Shown here: positions 47,803-63,300 of the stretch, piece after piece | Numbering within the stretch: position 1 is the first letter of the stretch | Layout of the letters: every line of letters starts with the position of its first letter | From: Caecitellus pseudoparvulus | Lineage: Eukaryota > Protista > Bigyra: Bicosoecida | Length of the DNA: 64,000 nt | Reading direction: 5' to 3' | Assembly: GCA_965644315.1 (NCBI GenBank) | Contig: CBFFRQ010000052.1 | Span: forward strand, 1 to 64,000 | The notes under the pieces: model-generated | What the model was told of the DNA's origin: nothing | The model's input: the letters and a program-made list of their open reading frames with translations, nothing else | Database searches by the model: none | Made by a program: the position numbers and the translations under genes

Positions 47803-48636
47803 TGTGACTGTGCGGTGAGGAAGTCGGGTGGACACAACCTCTCGTGCGCTCTGCAAAGGGAGAGAGGGAGTGCTTGAGTTCAGTGGTGCCAGCAGAGCGG
47901 CACGAGACCACACTGGGCTCGCCGAAAGCGGCACATGCCCGTCACACGGGCAAGCACAAGCAAAAGATAGACAGGTGCAGCAGCAAAAAGCTCGACACTG
48001 CCCCTGCCTGTGCGCGGGCTCCCTGCTGCTGGCGCGAGCCGGCGTGCATCCAAGTACAGCAGGTGCGGAACTTGGATGCACGCCAGCGACACTCGGAGCA
48101 GCCCTGGCTCACAGCGCAGAGGGTGCGGTGCCTGCCTGATGCTGCAGCATCCCGCTGAGGCTATGCAAGACCCAACTTGCCCAGTTGAGAAACCCCGCTC
48201 CGGACCATGGGGAACCTGCCGGCAGCCGGCCAACTTCGGGCTGTATTCACACGCTGCCCACCCAAAACGCCCCAGAGGTGACAAAGAGAGGACAAGAACA
48301 GCAACTTACAGGAGCACGATGAAACACAGAGTCTGACTTGGGAGTAGAATCACACAAAGAAAGTGCTGTGGGTGGCGAGAGCGAGTAGTGGGCCCCAACG
48401 CTTCATAAATGCATTCCGTGAATGATGCAATCTCCCGACAACGCTTGGCATCCATCCCACCTCAGCTCACTAGTCCGCTCAGAGCTGCAGCGGCGGAGGG
48501 TGCCAATACCCGATGTATCCCACGAGTGACTACAAGGCGTTAGTTTGTCCACGTGTTCCAGACACCTCTGTTTTGCTTCGCAAGCCTTCCCTTGCAGCGA
48601 AGCCCAGGTCTCACGCACCCACCACACTTGGCCGCC

Positions 48637-49512
48637 ATGCTCTCAAGGGCCGTAGTGCTCTTGGCACTCGCTGCTTTTCCAGCCACGATCTTGTGTGAAC
48701 AGCAGATGCAGTTCATCGTTTTTTCACCTAGTTCCCATGCGTGTGTCAGCGTCCTGAAGGCGCTCCATGTCGCGGCGTAACAATTTCCGCACGCTGCCCT
48801 GCTTGCAGAGAGCCGAACCGTGCAGCACAGCGCGCGTTGGGTGCAGTGCACGGCACGGTGAGACAGACCTACTCTGTGCACGTGCTTGCTATACTTGCGC
48901 CACCCCTGCTCGTTTTTCCTGCGCAGACACAGGCACCGCGAGTGCTGTTGGAGCTGGGAGTGGTGTGTGCCCCGCAGCCAGCACGCCGCAACAGGCTGCA
49001 AGCCACCTGCGCGCCCCCCTGCTGCGCAGACCTCCCCCCGAGCTCTTTCAGCCCTGCTTCAAGCAGGTGGCTTGCAGCCTGCCTCCATGAGTGCAGTAGC
49101 CAGCAGCCCCTCCGCACGCGCCGTCGGACAGACGCCCATATCATGCGCCGCAGCCCAGTCCGCGCTCGCTCCAGGAGCCGACCACGCTGGCATGCACATT
49201 GACTGCACGGGGGCCTCGAAAGCAGAGGCTGTGCAGGCCATTCAGGCCGTGCTCAAGGCTGTGCAGGCCGAGGAGGGCGAGACCAGCGCCGTTTTCGCAG
49301 CTGCTGGAACCTCGCAGCAGGTGGCAGAGGCCCCCGCAGTGGGCGCCAGCGTGGAGCACAGCGGCATCCGAGTGACGCCAGGCATTGTGGAGGCCCTTGG
49401 GGTGGCTGCATTGTTGCTGCTGTTCGTGTGTGTCGGCTTGCAGGCCCTGCTGGGCATTGCCTCGCCCTCGCGCATCGTGCAGGCCGACTTGCCCGTCGGC
49501 CGCGAAAAATGA
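48637..49512 (+). CDS. Type I membrane protein, probable V-ATPase accessory subunit (Ac45/VOA1-like C-terminus), multi-exon
   Basis: Signal peptide MLSRAVVLLALAAFPATILC. C-terminal RVTPGIVEALGVAALLLLFVCVGLQALLGIASPSR resembles the Ac45/VOA1 TM region. Confidence 0.6.
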
Positions 49513-49571
49513 AGCAATGCATGCCAGGCGCAGCAACCGCCTCCCGGACATGGAGCAGCTGGGGGAGGGGA

Positions 49572-49943
49572 TCAAGAAAAGACGCTGCGGCCGCCGCTGG
49601 CGCCTGCGCTGGCTGCGCCGCGAGCCTTGCTGCCCAACCCCCTCCTCGCCGCATCCCGCTGTGCCTTGGCTGCCACGGCCTTCTCCACCTTCTTGAAGGC
49701 TGGCGCGTTCAAGAGCAGGTCTGGCAGCACGAAGAGCTTGATGTGGCTGCCTCTAAGGTACACCTGTTGCAATGGCTTGGTTTGCCCGTCCCGGGCCTTG
49801 AATGTGACGTCGTTCAGGTGGCAGTTCATGTTATCTTCCGCTACCATCAGCGTGCCTCTGTAGATCTGCCCCTTCTTCATCTCCACCGCCACCTCCATCC
49901 CTTCGGCTTCATGCAGCACTTCAATCGGAACTCCCGCTGACAT
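49572..49943 (-). CDS. SNRPD3: Small nuclear ribonucleoprotein Sm D3
   Basis: GVPIEVLHEAEG, YRGTL..AEDNMNC, ARDG, VYLRGSHI..F.LPDLL.NAP.F. Confidence 0.93.
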   Translation of the reverse strand: MSAGVPIEVLHEAEGMEVAVEMKKGQIYRGTLMVAEDNMNCHLNDVTFKARDGQTKPLQQVYLRGSHIKLFVLPDLLLNAPAFKKVEKAVAAKAQRDAARRGLGSKARGAASAGASGGRSVFS

Positions 49944-50187
49944 GTTGCTGCGTGGGTGTCGCGGTGCGCCGCCAAGCGCCTGCACCCGGCCCCTGCCCCG
50001 CAGACACACTTGCCTGGCGCCGCTGGTGGGCTGCTGTCCTCACGGCACGTCACAGGGGTTGTGCACGTGGGAGCTGTGGGGGCACCGTTAGCACATTTAT
50101 TCCTTGCTCCTGACTGCACTCTCTGCTGCCTGTGGCCTCTCGCAGCACACCCCCCCCCCTCCTCCCCACAAGACACAGCCGTGCGCC

Positions 50188-51259
50188 ATGGCTGACGGTG
50201 CTGCCGCGCCGGCAACAGCGGGCGCCGCTGCGCCTCCCAACCCACGCTTGACCATGAACCTGGATGACTTGGTGAAGAGCAATGCGAAGCCCAGGACAAA
50301 GCGTGGCGGGAAAGACCGCTCTCAGGTTCAGGAACGGCGCGCAGCGCGGGCACAGGCCATTGCGCCTGTGCAAGCCGAGGTGAGTTGGCAGACACCAAAT
50401 ACCGCAGGCCAGCGCGAGTCGCCGTTCATCCAGCGCCTGTTGACAGACACCACTGCAGCACTGCGAGCAGCGCACCCTGCCCGCATGTCTACTTGCCCCT
50501 CCTCTGCAGCCACGCCAAAGCAACACCCGCCAGCGCCAGCGAGGCGGAGGGCGCCGAGGCGGCGGGCCTCGGGACAGGCAACCTGGTCCACCCCGCCGTG
50601 CAGGCGCCGAGCCATGGAGCCAGGGCGGCTACGACGCCGCACCCCGAGCCCCACGTGCAGATGTTGCCACGAAGGTCATGATTCTGGGTCTGGGCGATGA
50701 GGTGGAGGCGCGGGACTTGGAGGAAGTCTTCCGTGAGGTGGGGCAGGTGTTGGACGCCAGCATTGACCGCGGCACTGACGGGCGCAGCAAGGGCACCGGC
50801 ACCGTCGTGCTGGCGAACCGGGCCCAGGCCCAGAAAGCTGTGGATGAGTTCGAGGGTGCAGAAGTGAACGGCCGCACCATCACGGTGCGCATGCTTGGTG
50901 CGGGGCCCAGCCAGCGTCTTCGCGTTGTGAAGCCTGGCCTTGACGCGCCAGCGGCCAGGGGGCCGCAGCGAGGGGCGCAGCGCCCACATCGTGGCGGGCC
51001 TGTGCAGTTCCAGGTCAGCCTGAACGCGGGTGGCCCGCCCCCTGCCGCCTTTGGACAGGCAGGCCCCAGGCAGCGCCAGCAGCGCAAACCTAAGGCTGCT
51101 CCCGCCGCTGCGGCGGAGCAGCCCAAGAAAAAGGCTGCCAAGAAGCCAAAGAAGAAGGCTGAGAAGAAGCCCAAGGAGCCAGCTCCGTCTGCGCAGGACA
51201 TGGATGCCGCCCTCAGTGCCTACCTGTCCAAGGGCAAGGGTGAGGAAGGCGGCAAGTGA
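50188..51259 (+). CDS. ALYREF: ALY/REF (THOC4/Yra1)-like RRM mRNA export adaptor, multi-exon
   Basis: N-box RLTMNLDDLVK, RRM with DGRSKGTGTVV...AVDEFEGAEVNGR, C-box SAQDMDAALSAY. Confidence 0.8.
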
Positions 51260-51438
51260 TGTGTCAAGCCAGCTCGCGCAGCCCGCCGAGCAGTTCACAA
51301 GTCACGCCAAAACAAACCACCAAATGCAGTACGAATGCCTCCAGCACTGCCCAGCGCTCTAGCACTGTCAGCTTTGCGGCTTGCAAGCCCTAGTTCTGTG
51401 CCCAGAAGGTCCTGTCTGCCACCACGCCAACATCAAGA

Positions 51439-53416
<1,978 letters not shown>

Positions 53417-53621
53417 GCACCAATTGTGCCTTGCCCGCCTCCCAGGCGTTGCTCGCAGGCTGGCAATTCATATTCCAGCTGGCCAACGGCTGGCCAACTT
53501 GACCCATGCTAGCCGCCACCCCCTTCTCCCTCCCCGATCGCAACAGCGCTTCAAACGCCACGCACAGCTGAAGCAATTTCCGCACACAGCGTGACTGCCG
53601 CATGGCAGCAGGCCCGGAGCC

Positions 53622-56573
53622 ATGCGTGTGCTACATGTGGCTGAGAAGCCGTCTGTTGCAACTGGTTTGGCGCCCCTCATCGCATCGGGGGGTGAGCGTC
53701 CAAGAAGGGTGAGGCTTTGCCTGCGCACGTGCCTGCGTAGGTGTGTCTCGCACGCGAGCGTGCTGCGCTCGCGAAGCAGGTCCCCAGCCGCCGGAAGGAT
53801 GGCAACAACAAGTGGGAGTTCAAGAGCAGCGCGGTAGAAGGGGCGATGTGCGACCATGTCATGATGTCGGTGCGGGGGCACCTCATGTCCTTGGAGTTCG
53901 CCCCCGAGTTCCGGTGCGTGGCATGCTGGCTCGCAACGGCGCGGCCCCGAAACGCTGCGCCGTCTGCCACCCCGCAGGGAATGGTACGGCTGCAACCCTG
54001 GCGAGCTCATGACCTGTCCTGTCTTCAAGACCATTCGCGAGGGGAACCAGCACCTGGCCTTGGACTTGAAGGAAGAAGCCCGGCGCTGTGACATGCTGGT
54101 GCTGTGGCTGGACTGCGATCGGGAGGGCGAGAACATCGCCTTTGAAGTCATTGCAGTGTGTGCGTCGGTGAATCCCCGCCTGCGTGTTCTCCGGGCGCAG
54201 TTTTCAGCGGTGTCCAGCTCGGCTGTCCAGGCTGCCTTGGCAAACCTGCGACCGCCCGACAGGAACGCGTCAGATGCCGTGGATGCACGGCAGGAGATCG
54301 ACTTCCGCATTGGCACCGCGTTCACAAGGTGGCAGACACTGGTGCTGCTGGACAACTTGCCCCACATCAAGGCGGAGGGGGAGGTGACCATGCTCAGCTA
54401 CGGCCCGTGCCAGTTCCCCACGCTGGGCTTCGTGGCTGACAGGTACGACGCCATTGCCGCCTTCGTGCCAGAGGACTTCTGGAGCATTGAAGTCACACTG
54501 CCTCCACCCGGGCCGGGAGATTCGCCCACTTTGTTCACGTGGCAGCGGGGGCGCCTGTACGACCACCTCGCTGCGACGGTGCTGGCGGAGATGTGCGTGG
54601 AAGCACCCACTGCCACGGTGCAGTCCGTCATCGCCAAACCCACCAGCAAGTTCAAGCCGTACCCTCTCGCAACTGTGGAGCTACAGAAGCGTGCTTCACG
54701 CTGGCTGGGCATGTCCTCTGACCGGTGCATGAAGGTGGCAGAGGCGCTGTACCAACGCGGCATTCTGTCCTACCCACGCACAGAGACGGAGCGATTTCCA
54801 GAGGACTTTGACTTTCAGAAGCACTTGCGGCAGCATCGCAGTCACCCAGTGTGGGGGGCATATGCGGCTGGGCTATTGGACACGCCAGGCACCTTCGACC
54901 TACCCCGCAAGGGGGCACAGGATGACCAGGCACACCCGCCCATCCACCCGCTCAAGTCAGTGCCACGGTCAGCCTTGAAGAGCGACGAGGAGTGGCGCCT
55001 GTATGACTACATCACGCGGCACTTTCTAGCCGCTTGCTCCAAAGACGCCAAGGGCCACAGCACCACTGTGTACATCGACGTGGCGGGGGAAGCCTTCAAG
55101 GCTACCGGCCTCGTTGTGATGCAGCGCAACTACTTGGAAGTTTTCACCTTCGAGCGGTGGAAAGGCAAGCAGCTGCCAGCCTTTGCTGTTGGGCAGACGT
55201 TCCAGCCGCTGTCCATCAACCTGCAGGACGGCCACACGACACCCCCGTCGCTGCTTTCAGAGCCGGAGCTCATCGGGCTCATGGACGAAGAGGGAATTGG
55301 CACTGATGCCACCATCGCAGAACACATTGCAACGGTGCTAGGGCGCAAGTACATTGCCAAGACGGAGCAAGACAAGTTCTTGCCCACCACCCTGGGCATG
55401 GCCCTGCTCAAGGCTTACGAGGCGCTGCGCCTGCCGATGGGCAAGCCGTACCTGCGCGCTGCCATGGAGCGGGACTGTGCGCAGGTTTGCTCGGGGGCAA
55501 AGAGACGGGAAGACGTCGTTCGAGATTGCATCAAGGAGATGCGAGAGGTGTTTGACCGTGTCCAGCGCTCTGCGGGGCCCATGCTCAGCACCCTGCGAGA
55601 GTACCTGCCAGCGCAAGCGGGAGAGGAACAAGCTGTCGCGCCGGCTGCACTGCAGCCCAAGCCGCTGCCTGTGCCAATCCTGGCGTGTGGCAGTAGCACG
55701 TGCACAGGCACGCTCCGCCTGCGCACCACGAAGAATGGAACGTTCCTCATCGGCTGCAGTCGGTATCCTGCCTGCAAGCACACCGTGTGGCTGCCGAGGG
55801 AGGCAGAGGCGGTAGAGCCAGTGTCAGTGGAGGAGGAGCCAGGCTGCGTGGACTGTGCTGCACGCGGGGGGCAGGCTGTCAGGCTCTGCATTACGCTCCG
55901 GGACATGCCTCCCCAGGTGCTGTGTCTTGGCTGTGGCACTGTGCCGCCTCCGCTGCAGGGCAAGGTGCGCGACACCGACCCAGCCGGCTCAGCCTCCGCC
56001 ATCACCCGCGGTCTCCCTCTGCTGCGCTCTAGTGGGGTGCCGCCTGGCGTGAACAACTTTGGCATGGGCGCTGAGGCGCTGCTGCGGCCTGGCCTTCGCA
56101 GCAGTGCTGCCGCGGCAGGAGCCGCAACACAGGGCACTGCCTCCGCTGGCGTGGCTGAAGGAGGGCGCGGAGGGCGCTTCCTGGATGAGGCAGAAGCCGC
56201 CGCTCACAGGCCGCCCGGGCGCAGGCGCGGGCGGCAGCGCTCTGCGTCTGGGCCCACGACGACCTCCGCAGGGTGGGGTGCCCCACCCCTGTGCAAGGGC
56301 CATGCGACCCCCTGTGTGCAGCGCACTGCCCGATCAGGTGCCAATGAGGGGCGCCCCTTCTGGTGCTGTGCCAAGCAGCAGGCAGATGGCGGCTGTGGCT
56401 TCAACGGCTGGTTGCCCGAGCCAGATGAGGGTGTACATGGAAGCGACGGACCCTCTGCACCCCCTCCACAGCCAGATCCTGTGCCTTCGGTGTCCCAACG
56501 CACTGTGCGGAAGTGCGGCATCTGCAGGCAGCCGGGACACACTCGAAGCCGGTGCCCTCAAGCTACACGGTGA
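53622..56573 (+). CDS. TOP3A: DNA topoisomerase III alpha with C-terminal zinc ribbon, GRF zinc finger and CCHC knuckle, multi-exon
   Basis: VAEKPSVA, DCDREGENI, SYGPCQFPTLGF, SYPRTET, AHPPIHP, GIGTDAT, NEGRPFWCC, CGICRQPGHTRSRC. Confidence 0.95.
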
Positions 56574-56608
56574 AGCAGTGCATTGCGGACCCCTCAGCCG
56601 CAGCCACC

Positions 56609-57859
56609 TCACGCGCCCGTGTCCATCATGTCCCGGGCCAGGACAAACGCAGAGACCAGGGACGCCATTTGCAGGCTCTCGTCCATGCAAGAAGCCAACC
56701 GGTACTCAATGTCAGCGAGCTTCTCCAGGAGGTATGCGCGCACTGCCGGCGGGAAGCCCATGGCGTTCACCAAGGTCACCAGGTTGGTGAGGATGTCCGC
56801 CAGGGACAGACCCTTGTGCACCGCCAGGTCCTGCAGGGTCTGCAGCGCCTCGTCAAAGGGCTTGTTCAGCAGCGCCCCTGCCGCCGCGCGGATGTCGGCT
56901 GGCAGGGGGTCGCCCGTCGTCGCGTACACCGCCTCCTGGGTGATGGTGCCTGAGGACATGGCGGTGGCTTGGAGGATGTTCAGGACACGGCGCATGTCCC
57001 CTTGTGCCAGCCGCAACACGGCCTTGATGCCGCCCTCCTCCGCTACCAGGCCCTCCGCATCCACAATGTACCTCAGGCGGGACTCGATTTGGGCACGCTT
57101 CAGGGGTGCGAAGCGGAACCGTGTGCAGCGACTCTGCAGGGCAGGGATGATTTTGGACACGTAGTTGCAGATGAGGCAGAAGCGTGCGTTCTTGGTGTAC
57201 TTCTCAATGACACGGCGCAGGGCGAACTGGGCATCGGAGGTCATGGCGTCAGCCTCATCCAGCACGATGAGTTTGGGCTGGGAGGAGAACATGTTGCGCG
57301 TGGCGGCGAACTGCTTGATCTGATCCCGCACCACTGAAATCCCACGGTCGTCCGAAGCGTTCAGCTGCGGGTGGGGTGGGGCTCCGCAGGATGCAGAGTC
57401 GCGAAGCGAGTCGGCTGTGTGGCAAGCTGTGTCGCACACACCTCCATGGTCATGGCTTTGTACTTGTCCCCATACAGTCGCTTTGCGCAGGCAATGACCG
57501 TAGATGTCTTGCCAGTCCCAGGGGGGCCATACAGCAGCAAGTGCGGCAGCTTGTTCTTGTCGATTAGCGTGTTGACTGAGGGCAGAGCGGGCACGAAGCT
57601 GCTGCGGGCTTGCTCCACACCAGTGTGGCTGCCACGCAGCACTCACTCGTCGCAATGATGTCTTCGTGAGCAATGAGGTCGTCCAAGCTCTCAGGTCGGT
57701 ACTTTTCCACCCAAGGAAGGGTGCTGCGAGCATCGTGAGCTGCCCCTGCAGTCGCAGCTGCTGTGTCACTGTGAAGGGGAGGAAAGGGCGCCTGGCTGCT
57801 TTGAACGCAGTCTGGGCAAAGCGCCTGGCTCGCGCGCCGCACGTTGATTGGGCAGCCAT
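56609..57859 (-). CDS. RFC5: Replication factor C small subunit (RFC5 / yeast Rfc3 type), multi-exon
   Basis: [63 protein letters not shown]. Confidence 0.94.
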   Translation of the reverse strand: MAAQSTCGARARRFAQTAFKAARRPFLPFTVTQQLRLQGQLTMLAAPFLGWKSTDLRAWTTSLLTKTSLRRVSAAWQPHWCGASPQQLRARSALSQHANRQEQAAALAAVWPPWDWQDIYGHCLRKATVWGQVQSHDHGGVCDTACHTADSLRDSASCGAPPHPQLNASDDRGISVVRDQIKQFAATRNMFSSQPKLIVLDEADAMTSDAQFALRRVIEKYTKNARFCLICNYVSKIIPALQSRCTRFRFAPLKRAQIESRLRYIVDAEGLVAEEGGIKAVLRLAQGDMRRVLNILQATAMSSGTITQEAVYATTGDPLPADIRAAAGALLNKPFDEALQTLQDLAVHKGLSLADILTNLVTLVNAMGFPPAVRAYLLEKLADIEYRLASCMDESLQMASLVSAFVLARDMMDTGA

Positions 57860-58213
57860 GGTGCACAAAGGCCCGTGAGGGTGGCCCTCCGATGCTCTTT
57901 CGCTGGCAGCTCAGGACGTGGCGGGGCTGCGCAACGCTGGGCGAGGCCCGATTGCGGCTTGGAGAGGCAAATACCGCAGCGGTCCCAGCTGAGGGTGGTC
58001 TGTGCAGGGGGCCTTCCCGGCACTGGGACGGCAAAAGCATCGTTTGAGGGCCTTGCAAATGTAAGTCCTATCTGTCCTTGTCCGCAGCTTGCTTGCCCGG
58101 TTGTGTTCCTCTCCCGGCGAGGCCCCCCAGCTCAACGGCGGCTTTGCCCACCACGCCACCAAGCCCGGCACCTCGGCGACGACAGCCCAGTCCACTGCGC
58201 ACTGCTTGTGACG

Positions 58214-59123
58214 ATGGATGTCAACCCCAAGAAGATGAAGGTGGTGGAGTTGAAGGAGGAACTGAGCAAGCGCAACTTGAGCACTTCCGGCGTGAAGGCT
58301 GACCTCATCAAGCGGCTTGGTGCGTGACGCGCCACTCGCCAAGTACCGCAGCTTGCGCACGGTGCTCTGTGCACTGCGCTGCTCAGAGGAGGCGCTGGAC
58401 GAAGAGGCCTTTGGCACGCTGGATACTGCTGGGCAGGGCCTGGGTGGTGATGACACAGCAGCTGCCGGCGATGAAGGCGAAGGCAGCCACGACTCCCCCC
58501 AGCCAGGTGACCTGGGAGAGGACGACGAGCAGGAGCCCGCGGCTGCCCCTGTCAAGGCAGCTCCCGCACCAGCCCCAGCCAAGGCCACCCCTGCCCCTGC
58601 GTCTGCACCTGCGTCTACACCAGCGCCTGTTCCCCCAGCGGCGAAGCCTGCCGCAGCAGCGGACAGCGAAGTGGACAAGCTGGCCGCCCGGGCCGCACGT
58701 TTTGGCAGCGAGCTGACTGAGGAGCAAAAGAAGGCCGCCCGCGCGGCGCGCTTCGGGCTGCTGAAGGCAGATGCCGCAGCCTCGAAAGCCCCTGGCCCCA
58801 AGCCCGTGTCCAGTGCCCCTGCAGGCCCTCCCGGCAGCGTCACCATCAACGGAGTGACCAAGACCAAGGAAGAGCTGGAGGCCATGGAGGCCCGAGCCGC
58901 CAAGTTCGGCACTGTGGGACCTGCCAACGCCTGGCTCGCTGAGAAGAAGCTCATGGAGCGTGCTGCCAAGTTCGGCACTGCCTACGTCCCCCACGACCAG
59001 CGGGTCAAGGCCAAGGCTGCCAGCGGAAAGGCAGCGGCAAAGGCCCAGGGCGGAGCCAAGCGCAGCCGCAGCAAGGGCAAGGGCAAGGGAGCTGGCTCGC
59101 CTGGTAAGAAGCAGCGCTCTTGA
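58214..59123 (+). CDS. SARNP: SAP-domain protein with RxxRFG repeats (SARNP/Tho1/MOS11-like)
   Basis: SAP domain KMKVVELKEELSKRNLSTSGVKADLIKRL, four RAA(R/K)FG motifs, one intron from ~58320. Confidence 0.85.
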
Positions 59124-59125
59124 GG

Positions 59126-59133
59126 AATGCATT
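59126..59133. terminator. Candidate bidirectional 3'-end signal AATGCATT
   Basis: Palindrome in the 16-bp gap between convergent stops at 59123 and 59140. Confidence 0.5.
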
Positions 59134-59139
59134 GACACG

Positions 59140-60152
59140 TCAGCGCTGCGCGTCGCCGCCCGCAGTTTCCGCGCGCTTGAAGCCCGAGTGCACCGAGCAG
59201 ACCCCCAGCGTGAAGTCAGTGTAGGAGACTCCGGTGAAGCCTGCTGCCTGGATCATGGCGGCAAACTCCTCCTTGGGAGGGAACTTGCGAATGCTCTCCA
59301 CAAGATACTGGTATGCACCTCGGTTCCCCGCCACGACCTGGCCCAGGAGCGGGATGACGTTGAAGCTGTATGCGTCGTAGACGTGGGAAATGCCTGGGTA
59401 TGGGACGTTGGAGAACTCCAGGCACATGAAGCGCCCCCCTGGCTTCAACACGCGGTGGGCCTCCGCTACCGCATCCTGAACACGTGTCACGTTCCGGATG
59501 CCGAAGGCAATAGTGTACGCGTCGAAGGAGTTGTCTGGGAACTGCAGGTTCATGGCATCCCCTTGGTGCCAAGACAAGAAGGCAGCTTGCCCCGCTGCCT
59601 CGGCAGCTTCCGCTGTGGATGGCAAGCCCGCCTTGGCTGCACGCTGCTGGCCCACGCCCAGCATGGCGTCGTTGATGTCCAGCACAGCCACTTCACTGGG
59701 AGGCGCAGAAGCTCGAGAGGCCTGGCTGTTCATGCCCTCCGCAATGCGGAAGGCAATGTCACCCGTGCCCCCTGCCACATCCAGAACCCGAACGGGAGAC
59801 TGTGAGCCTGGTGCCCTTGTTGGGCCCAGCATGCGCACGAACTCGTCCTTCCACAGGCGGTGCAAGCCACCTGACATGAAGTCATTCATGACATCGTAGC
59901 TGTGCAAGGCAACCATGCCGGGGAGAGTTGGCGCCCGGTGCCTCGAGCACTGGCCGCCTCTGTCACGTACCTCTCAGCGACATCCCGAAACACGGCCTTC
60001 ACCATGCCCTCCTTGTCTTCCTCTTTGACGGTTTGGAAGCCAAAGTGCGTGGACCCACCCGACGAAGTTGCGAAGCATCGACGAGAGAGTGCTGTAGTGT
60101 TGCTCAGGCCTCGGGCTGCCCAGCGCCCCGCGCGAGCAACGGACGCTGCCAT
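59140..60152 (-). CDS. COQ5: Ubiquinone biosynthesis C-methyltransferase (UbiE/COQ5), mitochondrial
   Basis: THFGFQTV, YDVMND.MSGGLHRLWK, LDVAGGTGDIAFR, YTIAFGIRNVT, RVLKPGGRFMCLEFS, YQYLVESIRKFP. Confidence 0.95.
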
Positions 60153-60342
60153 GGACGCCGATATGACTGCGGAAATTGCCAACCTTGCGTGAGCTCTGCC
60201 ACACAACTGAGAGCAGGCATAGAGGGGATGGTCGGATTTCGCAACAAATTAGATGCATTGAGCAAATGTTCACCGTGCAGAATTGCTGACGGCTGCCCAA
60301 AGCCGACCCTACTCTCCACTCACGCTGGTAGGCACACGACCC

Positions 60343-63300
60343 TCACTTGCGCACGTCATCAGCGACGGCTGCTGACGGGGATCCAACTCGAGGAGCAGCC
60401 TCTTGCTGCTGGGGGGGTGCAGCGGGCTCCCTCCTTTTCGGTGCATCTGGTGCACTCGCAGCGGAGCCGGGTTTGGCAGCAGACAGCGCACGTGCCATGC
60501 GTGCTTTGCGTGAGCCTCCCGAGCCGGGCGACGCCGAGCCTGCCCCTTGGGGGGGAGACGCTGACCTGCTTAAAAGAGGGTTTTTCATCAGCAATGCTGC
60601 GCCTTGTTTCCGTTCAGAGGAAGGAGGGCGCGTTGGGCTGCCTTGCTTCCGGCCCTTGTCCAGGACCGCGGCACGAGTCGGTACGGGCGCACGGCGGTCC
60701 GCGCTCGGGGGGGTGGCCGAGACCAGCGGGCTCGCACGAGGTGAAGGTGCAGGTTTGGCTGATGTGCGCTCCCCGCCTGGAGATTTGCTGAGCTCCAGGA
60801 CAGCCAGCAACTTGCGACCACTTGCCTTGCTCGCGGGGCGGACGCTACGGCGCTTCTTTGCAGCGGAAGCGCTCTTGTCCTCATCTTGTCCTGTGTCCGT
60901 GGCCCCTAGGGCAGACAGCATGCCCTTCATCCAGGGCATTTTCTGAGTCAAGGACTCCATTTGCTGCCGAACAGCATGTGAGCCGAAACGCACAAGGACC
61001 ATGAGCATGAGACCCAGTGCCGCGAAGTTGATGAGGCACAGGAGGATCGTGATGGTCAGCTCGATGTCCTTGAAATTGTCGCCCTGCAAGTCGACAGTGC
61101 CAGAGCGAGACGTCCTGGACACCTCCAGAAATGCCATGGACAGGAAAAGGGTCAGCTCCATGGTCCACAGGCTCACACTCTCCAGCAGGTTGAAGATTGG
61201 GCGCTTGTATGGCTGCGTAGCAACGTGGATGGACAGCGATGCCAGGAGGACGAGACTGGCGACATTGATCTCATGCAGCGGGTCGCCCAGGACGCTCACC
61301 AACGCCAAGGCAACACGCCGGAGCATCGTGACACCCTCTGTTTCAGCGTGCTCTGTGCGGTAGCCTGCAATAAGGAAGGCATACCGCTTCTTGAAGGCTG
61401 GGTCAAAGGCGAGGGCTGACTTATTCCTGTGCAAAATGAAGATGACTGTCACAGGGAACCCGATGGAGAACGCAGCTCCGACGATGACGGCTAGCACCAT
61501 CGCGATGACATGGTCAGGTGTGAAGCATGGCACGGACAAGTCTGCCAACAGCCATCGGTGCCCATGTGCCTCAAACGCAGTGCAGCGAAAGGTCTTCAGC
61601 ACTGTCGACGTCACCAGCGAGAAAGAGAGACTGGCAATGAAGGCCATCGTCGAGAAGTACTCCCCGCCTGCGGAGTACTCCTTCACAGCTTTCCACATGC
61701 GGCTTGCCATGGCTCGCGAGCACGGCGTGCGGGAGCACACAAAGCAGCAGCGGGCAGTGCCTGACCTCACAGCCGAGGCAGCTCTGCAGAGCATTCCTGG
61801 CTTGGGAGGGGCAGATTCTGGGTCCTCAGGTGCCTTGCTCACGCCAGGGCGACTAAGCACACTCGCTGAGGGGCGCTTCAGCTTGGACGCATTGAGCACC
61901 GCGCTGCTCTGCCGCCGCCCTGTCGAGGCACCTTTTGCGCTCTTCAGCAGCTTCGGGCGATCAGCAACTTCACTCATCACGCCCCAAAGCACGACAGCCA
62001 GTCCCGTACCGAAAACGACAAGCAGGAGAAATGGTGTGGTAGCCATGTTCAGCGCGAACTCAACGTAAAAGTCACTGTTCCAGATGCACCGGACTGACGA
62101 CGTCGGCGACAAGAAACCACCACCACTCAGCGAGTTGGAGAAGTTGAAGATGCGCCGGAACAGCGCGGTGCCCTGCGCTCGCAGGAGGGACAGAAGGCCC
62201 ATCATCTGCAAGTGGTTCAGCAGCATTCGCAGGACGATCGAGGCATCATCGCGCTCTGAGAATGACTGTGACATGGAGAAGTAGATGACACCTCCAACAA
62301 CCAAGCAAACGACAAGAATAAGCACCGTGTAATTTAAGGCCGCGTCCAAGCACTGCAAACACAATGAGGCACCTGTGTTCAAGTACCCTTGCTCGCAATC
62401 ACCGCACATGACACCTGTATGGCCTGGTGCACACTGCACTTGCAGACCGTCGCTTGTCTGGCATGCAGCGGGGTTGATGCAAGGCACGACTTGAGTCCCT
62501 GCGGGAAGTTCTGAGCTGCGCACATCTGCAACGAGCTGGGACGCCGTGCCATTCACAACCAGAGATCCGGGTGCGTGATCCAGAATGAAGTAATACCCAG
62601 GCTGCAATCGTACGGTTCCGCTTGCACACGTTGCACCCTGCTGCTGACTGTCCACAGGGCATCGGGAGCAGCTAGAAGACGCATTCTGAATGACATAGAA
62701 GCCATCCGCACAAGTCTCGCAGGCAGCAAGGCCCGCCGAATCCGCGATTTGGGGCGCTCGGCAGGGCACGCAGGCTGATCCGCCTTCGGCAGGGGAGACG
62801 AATCCAGGGGGGCAGTCCACACACTCTCTGCCTATCCGTGACACCCTTCCCGGAGGACAAATGACACAGCTGCCATCAGCAAACACTTCGTATCCTGGGT
62901 TGCACTCCTGGACCACGAATGAGTGCTGCGAACCGGGGCTCGCCGGTAAGTCGCCAGCTTCGCTCTGGGTCGGCCGCAAGCGTAGAACCTCGTTCGAGCG
63001 GCCTTGTGCGGGGACCTGCCGCTGCAAGCTGGCCAGCCACACATTGCCACCACCAACACCTTGGAACTCCCCAGGTGGGCTGGGCAGCATGTCTGCGCCT
63101 GCCGTAATGTTGGGCGCACTTTGCCATGCAGACAATGCCCGTGCTGCAGTCACACTGGAGGCTGGAACTTGAGCCAGCACGAATCGGCTCCCCATCAAGG
63201 CTGATGCGTTGGCTGCTGCCTGCTCTAGCGTCACAGCGGGAAAGACAGGGCAGGCAACTGATCCTCCGCCAGGAACTCGCGCAGGCCAGCCATATGCATC

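Noticed and set aside
48440-48570. H/ACA snoRNA call
   Set aside because: Hairpins and an ACA are present, but there is no convincing ANANNA hinge box. Kept only as a low-interest finding.
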